A DNA stretch of 64,000 nucleotides from Hypanus sabinus (Eukaryota). Where the stretch lies: NCBI RefSeq assembly GCF_030144855.1, contig NC_082716.1, positions 50,964,001 to 51,028,000 of the forward strand, written 5' to 3'. The notes below the pieces were generated by a model. The model saw only the letters and a program-made list of their open reading frames with translations. It ran no database searches and was not told the DNA's origin. The first letter of the stretch is position 1. Every line of letters begins with the position of its first letter. Both the position numbers and the translations under genes were made by a program. Shown here one piece after another: positions 39,870-50,411 of the stretch.

Positions 39870-40632
39870 GAGAAGCATGTCAGCAACTTTAAGTTACTCA
39901 GTATTATCATTTCAGAGGACCTGTCCTGGACCCAGCACATAAGTGCAATTACAAAGGAAACACAGCCAAACCTCTACTTCCTTGGAAGCTTGTGAAGATT
40001 CAGCACGACATCTAAAACTTTGACAAAGTTCTATAGATGGGTGGTGGAGAATATATTGATTAGTTGCATCACATTCTGGTATGGAAACATCAAAGTCTAC
40101 ACAAAGTAGTGGATATGATCCAGTCCACCATAGGTAAAGCTCTCCCCATCACTGAGTACATCGACACAGGGCACTCACAGGAAAGCAGCATCTATCATCA
40201 GGGATTCCCCACCACACAGGTCATGCTCTCTTCTTGCTGCTGCCATCAGAAAGAAGGTACAGGAGCCTCAGGACTCACACCACCAGGTTTGAGGAACAGT
40301 ATAAACCTCACAACCATCAAGTTCTTGAACCAATGGGGATAACCTCACTGAACTTCCCTTGCCCCATCACTGAACTGTTCCCACAACCTATGGACTCACT
40401 TTCAAGGACTCTCCATCTCATGTTCCCAATATTTATTGCTTCTTTATTTATTTTATTTTTCTTTTGTGTTGCACAGTTTCTTGCCTTTTGCACATTGGTT
40501 GTTTGTTTGCCCTATTGGGTGAGGTCTTTCTATTATGGGTTCTCGGATTTACTGAGTATGCCCACAAGAAAATTAATCTTAGGGTTGTATATGGTGACAT
40601 ATATGTACTTCAATAATAAATTTACTTTGAAC
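39870..40632 (+). mobile_element. Rex1/Babar-like LINE 3' fragment
   Basis: LLPSERRYRSLRTHTTRF; 3'UTR ending AATAAATTTACTTTGAACTT. Confidence 0.75.
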
Positions 40633-41689
40633 TTATCTTGCAAATTTCCAGATTCTAGAATGGTTTTCACAGATTAGAAGGAAACACTGTAAATGTAACC
40701 TCATTATCTAAGGAAAAGTAACTATAGAAAAATTAGCTTGCTATCAGCAGCAGAGAAATTGTTGGAATCAAACAGAAAGAATTGGTAACTGAACACTTAA
40801 AATAATAGGATTGGGTTGTCAAATCAGTTTTATCTTGACAGATCATTTTCATGGTCTCAGTTAGTAGAACTTATAAAGGCAAACCTAGTTGGTTTGGTGC
40901 ATTTGTACTGCAGTACAGATTGTTAAACAAATTAGAGCTCATGAGATTGGGGATAATGAACTGATAATTGATGGCTGATTGACAGATAGAAAGCAGAGAG
41001 TAAGGATAAATGTGTTATTTTCAGGTTGAAGGACAATGACTATTGCAGGGAAATTTACTGGGGCTCCTACTGTTCACGATCTGTATCAGTGATTTAGAAG
41101 AAAGGGCCAAGTGTAAAAGAACTAAATTTGCTGGCAATACAAAGTAAGTTAACAGCATAGGTTGTGAGGAGAATGCTGAGAGGCTTGGGGGCAGGTGCAG
41201 ATATGGATTGGTTATGTGAATAGGCAGGGACAAAGATTTAAAGGTGGTAGAGGCCAAAACTGTACTTGGATGTATACTTCATATGTATGACCTGCAGGTC
41301 TACAGACCTGGCGCTGGATGATGGGAGTGTGCTAGATGGTCCATTTGTCATAAATGTCCTCCCATAACAGATATTTTAAAGCACCTGTTTCTCATTTTCG
41401 ATCCCTGCCTTCATTCTTGGAGAACCATGTACTATTCTGGGAGTCCTCATCCAGTGCCAAGATCCTTTGCACATTCTGGGAAATCCATGGCTTCAGTCCA
41501 AGTGGACTGAGTTCTACAGCTGCGCCATGCATCAATGATAAGGCTGCTTCAAGAGTGTCAAAATTAAGACAACAGAATACAGGCGCCGGAATCCAGTGGG
41601 ACAATCACCGGTTTGGGTCGAGAAGCTTTTCTGGAGTGGTCAGCTTTATGATTTGATGCCCCTCGGCAGCCTGAGGAACAGCCGACAAA

Positions 41690-41906
41690 CACCTCCGCCT
41701 CCTCCTACCGCACGTCACAGCCCGCCCAGCGCCCGCGCCTCCTCCCACATGACACGGCATGCGTCACAGCCCGCCCGGTACCCGCGTTTCCTCCCACGTG
41801 ACACGATGTGCGTCATTGCCCGCCCAACACAGATTCCACCCTCTCCCCTTCTTCTCCAACGTCACAGCCAAATCTTTGATTGTGCGTCACATGTTACCGT
41901 TGTGGG

Positions 41907-41910
<4 letters not shown>
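41690..41910 (+). promoter_or_regulatory. CpG-island promoter of the ISY1-like gene, built from a ~49-bp tandem unit
   Basis: Repeated CGTCACAGCCCGCCC...CTCCCAC(A/G)TGACACG at ~41711, ~41761 and partially ~41810; lies 130-330 bp before the ATG at 42037. Confidence 0.7.

Positions 41911-41966
<56 letters not shown>
41911..41966 (+). repeat. (CT)28 microsatellite
   Basis: Perfect dinucleotide run. Confidence 0.97.
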
Positions 41967-41969
<3 letters not shown>

Positions 41970-42036
41970 CTTCCCAAGAGGCTTTCGGGAAACAGGAAGA
42001 CCCGGAGGAGGAGGAACGCCTTTGTAAACGCCAACG

Positions 42037-42103
42037 ATGGCTCGCAATGAGGAGAAACAGCTGGGGAGACTAAACCGGCTGTGGCTGCAGAGAGAGAAGG
42101 AGG
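42037..42103 (+). CDS. ISY1-like uncharacterised protein, coding exon 1 of 5 (gene CDS 42037-58383, 275 aa)
   Basis: ACGATGG good Kozak; MARNEEKQLGRLNRLWLQREKE+G then donor GTAGGA at 42104 (phase 1). MARNxEK start is characteristic of the Isy1 family. Confidence 0.85.
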
Positions 42104-43439
42104 GTAGGAAACCCGCGTGATTTCCAGCATCTGCAGATTTCCTCGTGTTTATTGTTTGAATACACGTTTCATTGTCTCTAAACGTGCTTGGAATAAGGGA
42201 TAGTACCAGTGAGGAGAACCCCCAGATTGTAACCGCCCGGAATTGAATACTGAGTGTGGCTTTTTCCCCCAGCAGGATAGTTGCAGGACTCGTTTTAAAT
42301 GGTTCTGCTTATGCAGTCAAAACCAGGTTTAATGTCATCGGCATACGTCGTGAAATTTGTTGTCTTTGCGGTAGCAATGCGAAACATAGTAAAGACGCGC
42401 GTGTATATATATATATATATGTGTGTGTATATATATATATTTTTTTGTTAAATAAGTAGTGAGGTGGTGATTCTTAAATATTGGCAAGGTAGATGCGGGG
42501 TTTCCCCTAGCTGATGAATCTAAGTAGTGGATAATCTTAGAAATAAATCTTTACTATTTAGGATTGAAATGAGGAGCAAGTTCTTAAAGGTCTAGCTAGC
42601 TGCAGAAATCTCAGGATGGGGTGAGGTTTGCAGCCAGATAACTATGGGGAGACAGTAGTGTCCATCATGTCCAATGTGATGTAAAGAGAGAGACTAAGGG
42701 ATTTGACTGGGGTGGAGGAAGACTGGGTAGGTGATCTGTCAACAGTTAGAACACCTTTGCCGGTTCTCAATAATGGGATCCACGATGCAGCGCTGTGCCT
42801 CAGCATTGAGCGCCTGCTCCTGCCCCCGCAGCCCAACCAACACCAGTTATCCCAGGCAACGGCTGTACATTGTCTTTGCTGCTCCCTGCCCAGCAAGCCA
42901 TGCATTTCGTTGATCTGGGAGTTCCCTCAACTGGTGGGTTCCAGGCATGACAACACGAAACTGGGAAAGGCAGGGTTTTGTGATATGTTCTCCACACAGC
43001 ATTGCTGTCCCAATCACAGCTCACTATATAAAATGCCATAATGACTAGCTTTTGCAGCTAATTTCACACGTTCTTGTGTGCTAAGTGCATTGGAAAAATC
43101 AAACACCCTTTGATGATCTAGCACGAAAAGGTGTTGAGTTAGAAGGTCAGAAATGGTCCTGTTGAGTGGCAGATCAGTCTCAACAAGTATTTGTATAAGA
43201 AATCTTTCCACAACTTTTCCGTGGGAGACTAGTTTTCATATTAGGAATAGCATTTCTTCATCACATGATGCTGCTTTACATACACTGCACAACAAATGGA
43301 TGAAGAGTTCTGTCTTTGATTTCAAATTCAGTCAAATTGACTGGGACTCCCACATTGTGAAAGGGCTAGATGGCTTGGAGTTAGTCAAATGTGTTCAGGA
43401 AAGTTTTCTAAATCAATAAATAGAGGTACCTAAGAAAGA

Positions 43440-44630
43440 GGAGGCTTTAGGAAAGGTCAATCTTGCATAGACCATATATTTGTACTAAGACAAATTTTTG
43501 AAAAATCTGCAGAGTTGAACAGCAATCTTTATGTACTATTTGTGGACTTCAAAAAAGCATTTGACAGTATCCACGGAGAAACACTGGAAAATTTTAAGAA
43601 GATGGGGATTTTCCCAAAAAATTTTAAACATTATCCAAATGATGTACAGCGACTTTCAGTGCAAGGTGATTTGTGGAAAGCAATTGACAGAAAGCTTTGG
43701 GGTATGCACAGGAGTTAAACAGGGGTGTATCCTATAACCTTTTCTCTTCATTTTAGTAATGGATTGGTTTATGAGGGAAACAATCACAAAAAAGAAACAG
43801 GGTATTCAATGGACACTTACCTCAACACTTGAAGACCTAATTTTTGCTGACAATATCAGTCTGCTAGCAAGATGTCATTATGACATTCAGGAGAAATCAG
43901 ACAGACTTACAGCATATGCATCGCAGCTTGGGATGAACATTCAAGTGAGAAAAACAAAGATCATGAAGGTGGACGTTCCAACCAGCAACTAGTAATATTC
44001 AATAATCAGCAAATGGAAGAGGTAGATGAGTTCACGTACCTTGGGAGTAAAGTCAGCACTGATGGAGATGGTGGTAAGCACGTATTAGCAAGACTATCTA
44101 AAGCAAATCAAGCTTTTGGCAGCCTTAATGCAGTTTGGAAATCCACACAACTCAAACTTAACACCAAAATCAGAATTTTTAAAAGCAACATCCCAAGTGT
44201 GCTACTTTATGGAAGTGAATGTTTGAAGGTGATGAAAGACATCTGCAAGAAACTTGACACATTCCAGACAAAATGTCTACGATGTATTTAGAAGATCTTC
44301 TGGCCTGAGAATTATCAGAAATCAAGACTTGCTTACATCTTGCAATATGCAATCAATCTCAGTTTGTGTGAAAAGAAGATGATGGAGATGGCTGGGCCAT
44401 GTAATGAGAATGCCAAATGATCAACTAGCCAAAGTAGCACTAAGGTGGACCCCACAGGGAAAGTGAAGTAGGGGCAGGCCCAAAATGACATGCGGAGATC
44501 TGTGGAAGCAGAACTGAATGAAGTAGACATGAACTGAGTAACGGCGAGCAGCAGAGGGAAAGACCGGCAGAAATGGAAGACCCTTGTGGAGGCCCCATGT
44601 GCCACCTAGGCATTAAGGGTTCAGACTATG
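43440..44630 (+). mobile_element. RTE-clade LINE, 5'-truncated, nested in CR1
   Basis: GFRKGQSCIDHIFVLRQI, LFVDFKKAFDSIH, TGVKQGCIL, LEDLIFADNISLL, VDEFTYLGSKV, VLLYGSEC; splits the CR1 endonuclease region. Confidence 0.85.
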
Positions 44631-45055
44631 ATGAAACAGGATGCAATACTTGATTTCCTATTAGGGAACCAGACAGATCTAGTGACAGAAGTATGTGTAG
44701 GTGAACATTTTGGGTCCAGTGACCATAATGTCATTAGTTTCAAGTTAATTATGGATAAGGATAGGTCTGGTCCTCGAGTTGAGGTTCTAAATTGGAGAAG
44801 GGCCAATTTTGTGGAAATGAGAAAGGATCTAGGAAGAGTGGATTGGGATAAGTTGTTTTCTGGCAAGGATGTGTTCAGTAAGTGGAAGGCCTCAGAGGCG
44901 AAATTTTGAGAGTGCAGAGTTTACATGTTCCTGCCAGGATTAAAGGCAAAGTTAACAGGCATAGGGTATCTTAGTTTTCAAGGGCTATTGGCAATCTGGT
45001 TAAGAAAAAGAGAGCGGGATATAGCAGGCATAGGCAACAAGGAACAAATGAGGTA

Positions 45056-45266
45056 CAGGTGTCCCTCCCCTTTACAAAGGTAGAGCATTCCTATGAAACC
45101 TTTTCTTAAGCCGAAATGGCGTCAAGTGAAAAACCATTCATTTATATGGGAAAAATTGTCTTCAAAGTGAAAATCCTCTTTGTAATGCGAAAACAGGTTA
45201 CTAATTTAGGTCTTTTGTAAAAGTGAAGTGGTGTAAAGTGAACATCCGTAAAGCGGGGGACACCTG
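45056..45266. mobile_element. pogo/Tigger-like MITE nested in CR1
   Basis: Inverted termini CAGGTGTCCC...GGGACACCTG with TA target duplication (45054-45055, 45267-45268). Confidence 0.85.
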
Positions 45267-47189
45267 TACTTGAAGAGTATAGAAAATGTAAGAAAATACT
45301 AAAGAAGGAAATCAGGAAGGCAAAAGGAGACATGAGGTTGCTTTGGCAGATAACGTGAAGGAAAATCTGAAGAGTTTCTACAAGTATATTAAGAGTAAAA
45401 GGGTAGTAAGGGGCAAAATTGGTCCCCTAGAAGATCAGAGTGATTGTTTATGTGTGGAGCCTCACGAGATGGGTGAGATCTTAAACAGTTTTTTTGCATG
45501 AGTGTTTACTCAGGAAACTAGCATAGCGTATATGGAAGGAAGGGGAAACAAGTAGTAGTGTTGAGGAACATATCGAGATTAAAGATGAGGAGGTGCTTGC
45601 TGCCTTACAGCTACTAAAGGTAGTTAAATCCCCTGGGCCTGACATGATATTTCCTCAGACCTTGAGAGAGACTAGTGTAGAAATTACAGGGGCTCTGGCA
45701 GGAATATTTAAAATGTCCTTAGCCACGGTTGTGGTGCCGGAGGATTGGAGGGTAGCTCACATTGTTCCTTTGTTTAAAAAAGGCTCCAAAAGTAAATCAG
45801 GTAAATTCAAACAACACACACAAAATGCTGGTGTAACACAGCAGGCCAGGCTGCATCTATAGGGGGAAACGCTGTTGACGTTTTGGGTTGAGACTCTTCG
45901 TCAGGACTGAGGAGTGCAGAGGAACAAAGGGATCTGGGGGGGGTTCAGGTACATAATTCCCTGAAAGTGGCGTCACAGGTAGACAGGGTTGTAAATAGGG
46001 CTTTTGGCATCCTGGCATTCATATATTAAAATATTGAGTATAGGAGTTGGGATGTTATGGTGAAATTGTATAAGACATTGGTGAGGCCAAATTTGGAATA
46101 TTGTGTGCAGTTCTGGTCACCTAACTATAGGAAGGATATTGGTAAGATTGAAAGAGTGCATAGAAGATTTACTAGGAGTTCAGGAGTTGAGTTACAGGGA
46201 AAGATTGAACAGGTTAGGACTTTATTCTTTGGAGCGTAGAAGAATGAATTTGATAGATTTTGATAGAATTTGATGGATTTGATAGAGGTTTACAAAATTA
46301 TGAGGGGTATAGACAGAGTAGATGCAAGTAGGCTCTTTCTACTTAGATTAGGAGAGATAAGTACGAGAGGACATGGCTTTAGGGTGAAAGGGGAAAGGAT
46401 TAGGGGGAACTTCACTCAGAGTGGTGGGAGTGTGGGAACGAGCTTCCATCTGACATGATAAATGTGGGCTCACTCTTAAGTTTTAAGAATAAATTGGATA
46501 GATACATGGAATGGAGAGATCTGGAGGGTTATGGACTGTGTGCTGGTCAATGGGACTAGCAGAATAAAGTTTTGGCATAGACTAGAAGGGCTGAATGTCC
46601 TGTTTTCTGTGGTGTAGTGTTCTATGGTTCTAAGTTAATGCTGGCCATCGGGTCACCACGTGACCAGTCTCAGTTAGGCTTTTGGCTTCCAATTTTTCTC
46701 TAAATTTCAGACCCACAGTGAGTATGCAATTCAAAGAGTAGAAAGTCAATGTAAGTGAACTGTCAAAATTGAGCCCAGCGGGTTCTAGATTTTTGCTACA
46801 GGTTCAGTGTCATTCCAAGTTTGATGAGAAGCTAAATCCTGTTTTCTTAGAGCCAATTTCTTCCTGTACCTTATTCTCTCCTCCACTTAGATAATACAAC
46901 ATTTATAATCCAGAACAGGGCCAACCCATTTGGTCTGTTACACCTAGGTTATTGGTGTTGCACAACAACATACATTTTCCATTTCACCAGTTCTGTAGCA
47001 TTCTAGTCATTGATATTAGGCCAGTCAGGTAGAGATTGCTCGAAAGCTGCCCCAAGTGAGCCGCATGGCCATATCTCACCACACTTACTTAACATGGGCC
47101 TCTAGTTATCTCCTGTTACTATAGTAACAGCTTGCTCCTCTATCTGCTTGAGGTTTCTAGTGTTCATTGGTTCCTTTCCTACCACAATT

Positions 47190-47670
47190 TCTCTGTCTGG
47201 TAATTCCCATTTCTCCCCCCACCCAACCTCCCCACATACACAACCTTCTACTCCCTACTCTGGCCTCTTTTCTCCTCACCTGCCTATCGCCTCCACTTTC
47301 CCTTTCTCTCATGGCCACTCTCTTCTTTCGTCTTTCATTCTTCCCCAGCCCTTTACCTTTCTCACCCACCTATCATCTTCCAATCAGCCCTTCTTCCTCT
47401 CATTTTATTCTGGTCTTTTCCCCTTCCTTCTCAGTCCTGAAGAAGGATCTCGGCCTGAAACATTAATTCATTTCCAGAGATGCTGCCTGACATGCTGAGT
47501 TTCTGCAGTGTTTCGTGCGTGTTGCTTTGGATTTCCAGCATCTATCATCTTCTAACTTGTTCTCTTTCTTCTTCTCCCCACCCCTTCTTATTCTGGCCTC
47601 TTCATCCTTCCTAATGTCAACCATTTATTCATTTCCATAAATCCTGCCTGACTTCAGATCCTCCAGTGTT
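47190..47670 (+). mobile_element. Penelope-like pseudo-LTR fragments
   Basis: Pyrimidine-rich tract, CAGTCCTGAAGAAGGATCTCGGCCTGAAAC hammerhead core, GATTTCCAGCATCT terminus. Confidence 0.7.
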
Positions 47671-48071
47671 TTTGAACAGTCAAACACAGTTCTAGGGTGT
47701 TTATTTTTAACCTTTCAACTGCCACAGGCCTTAAAATTGTTTGAGATATCTGGTCTTTCTATTTTGGGCTCTAGCATTCTAAAACCAAACTTTTACTATT
47801 GGCAACAGTGCTTTTAGTTGTTTGAGGTCCAGTGTCTGGAATTCCATTCCCAAACCTCTGCTTCATCCCCCTCTAAGAAGCTCTAAAATGTAACACTGTG
47901 AATGACCTTTTAGTCACTCCTAATATCATAGTTGACCCCTTGTCATGTTGCTATTGATCTGTGAAGAAACTGAAAATTTTACATTTATTAACTCTCTAAC
48001 TGCAAAATGTTGTCATCCAAAATTTATTAATGTCTGACCATCCCTCATCTGTATTTTTTTTTGTTCAATAG

Positions 48072-48112
48072 AGGGCCGTATAAGAGAGATCCATCAAAAT
48101 CGACCAAAGCTG
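48072..48112 (+). CDS. ISY1-like protein, coding exon 2 (41 nt)
   Basis: Acceptor TTTTTTTTGTTCAATAG, reads (G)AG GGC CGT ATA... = EGRIREIHQNRPKL, donor GTGGGT; phase 1 to 0 fits both neighbours. Confidence 0.82.
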
Positions 48113-48279
48113 GTGGGTATGCACAGCTATTTTTCAGTCTGCAGCATGTCATGTTAACTCTCCTATCCCCTTCCACATCAACTTGTGTGTCTGCCTTCTT
48201 TGCTACGGAGAGGCCAAATGCAATCTGGAAGAACACGTGTTACATTTGAGTAGCTTGCATCCAAATGGCATTTTACATT

Positions 48280-48870
48280 AACGAGAAAGTCTGCAGATGC
48301 TGGAGATCTAACCAACATACACAAAATGCTGGAAGAACTCAGCAGGCCTAGCAGCATCTATGGGAAAAGAGTAAACAGTCAACATTTTGGGTTGAGACCT
48401 TTCATCAGGGCTAGAAAAAAGATGAGAATTTCGAGCAAGAAGGGGGGAGGGAAGGAATATTTACAAGGTGGTAGGTGATAAATGTCATGAAATTTTTTTT
48501 ATTTGTGACAATAGTACAGTGCGATACAAAATTACTACAGTAACTTCCTCCCTCACTACCATTCAGGGCCCCAGATATTCCTTCCAAATGAAGCGAGACT
48601 TCACCTTCGAGTCTGTTATGGTCACCTACAGTATCTGGTCCTCCCATTATAGTCTCTTGTATATTGGTGAGACCCACAATAAATGGGGAGACTGCTTCGT
48701 TGAGCACCTGGTCTGCCAGAAAAGTGAGTTTCCTGGTGGCCACCCATTTTAATTCCTCAAATTCTGATGTGCCGGTCCATGGCCTCCTCTACTGTTATAA
48801 TGAAGCCATGCTCAAGTTGGAGGAGCAACACCTTTTATTGGTTAGGTTAGACTCCACCCTAATGGCATGA
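48280..48870. mobile_element. Penelope-like fragments in inverted arrangement
   Basis: Minus pseudo-LTR (48280-48480) followed by + GIY-YIG remnant (LLYIGETHNKWGDCFVEHL). Confidence 0.75.
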
Positions 48871-49078
48871 TGTGCTGTTGATCTAGTCTGAATTGACAGC
48901 TTTGATATCGTAATTTTCATTTCACTGAGGAAAAACATTGTCAATACAAGCTAATCGATGATCTTATCTTTACCCTAAAACTAAGTACCTTCATACATCT
49001 TGAAATGATTATTACATGGCAGCTTCAATTCAAGTATTTATGTTCCATAATATGAATTATTTTTGTTTTTATTTGTAG

Positions 49079-49153
49079 TCTTCATTGAATTCGGCCTTTG
49101 ATGTGAAAAAATGGATTCCAAGTATCAAGTCTGAAATTGAGTATTACCTGCAG
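49079..49153 (+). CDS. ISY1-like protein, coding exon 3 (75 nt)
   Basis: Acceptor TTTTTGTTTTTATTTGTAG, SSLNSAFDVKKWIPSIKSEIEYYLQ, donor CAG|GTAAAT; phase 0-0. Confidence 0.85.
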
Positions 49154-49564
49154 GTAAATAATTCAGTTTCCAAAATAAAAACTGCACCAACAAGTTAAAA
49201 TATTTCACTACAGATGAAAGAATAACCCAGTTTAAGCAAAATCACCTTTCATCTTTTCAATGTGAAATATTTGAAGTTATATTTGCACAATTCTTGAATA
49301 TTTCTGTCTTGGTGTGGAGTAATTAAATTGTGGATACCATTGCATTGTCGAGGAAGTGGGTCATATTTTGTTGAACCTATTTACCCATGTATAATCCTGC
49401 TCGTGTTGTAGAGTTCTGGGATAGGAATAAATTGAAAATCTGCAAAGTTAGTAGGCAGATCTTCCTGGGGTCTCCATTGCTCAGGATCAACCATGAATGC
49501 TGTGTCCTAGCTGTGTACAATTAGTTGATATACAACCTGATGCAGTAAGGTGTGGAGAGTAAGC

Positions 49565-49989
49565 TCACAAGAAAATCTGCAGATGCTGGAAATCCAAATC
49601 AACACACAAAAAATATTGGAGGAACTCAGCAGGCCAGGCGGCATCTATGGAAATGAGTAAACAGTGGACGTTTCAGGCCGAGACCCTTCTTCAGGATTGG
49701 AAAGGAAGAGAAGTCAGAGTAAGAAGGTGGGGGGAAGGTGAGAGAGGGAATGGGCAATGGTGAGGGGGGGTTAATTACCAGAACTTTGAGAAATCGATGT
49801 TCATGCGATCAGGGTTTTCAAGAAAATTGATGTTCATGTGATGTTCATTCCTTGTCCTCTCATCCCTCCCCACTGATCTCCCTCCTGGTACTTAGCCTTG
49901 CAAACGGAAACAAGTGCCACACATGCTCCTACACCTCCTCCCTCACTACCATACGAGGCCCCACCAGTCCTTCCAGGTGAGGCAACACA
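49565..49989. mobile_element. Penelope-like fragments in inverted arrangement
   Basis: Minus pseudo-LTR with hammerhead core at 49661-49700, then + strand remnant just upstream of the GIY-YIG domain. Confidence 0.7.
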
Positions 49990-50411
49990 TTTTTAAAATT
50001 ATTTAATTTTAAAGAAGGAATATAGGGACTCAATTAATACAACAATTAATACATATTGAAAAAAAATAATTCAAATACATTAATAAGTCCGAGAGGGGGG
50101 AAAAGAACACCTATCCCAACACCATCTCCCTGCATTTAGAAAAAAGGAGGGAGGGAAAAAAACATAAAAGACAGAGGAAAGGAAGGAGAAAAGAAAAAAA
50201 GAAATAGAAGAGTAGGCATCCCGCTCTCAGTCAGTTTAAAATACCAATTAAAGAAACTAACTTATAATAAGGGATATATTAATTTTAAAATATTAAAATA
50301 CATAGATTAAACAATCTGGGCATTTAAGTAATCTTATATTTCTCATTTTTCCATGGAGATTCTAGATATTTTACTCGACCATAAAAATAGATGAATATGT
50401 CCATTGAGAAT

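Larger units (their letters stand above)
43330..46632 (+). mobile_element. CR1 LINE ORF2 remnant interrupted by nested insertions
   Basis: GLDGLELVKCVQESFLNQ / AILDFLLGNQ...EHFGSSDHNVISF (endonuclease), KSPGPD, VPEDWRVAHIVPLFKKG, LYKTLVRPNLEYCVQFWSP; tail TTCTATGGTTCTA. Confidence 0.85.

Noticed and set aside
41596-42130. ORFs with (SL)n or (ER)n runs
   Set aside because: Translation of the (CT)28 microsatellite and CpG island.
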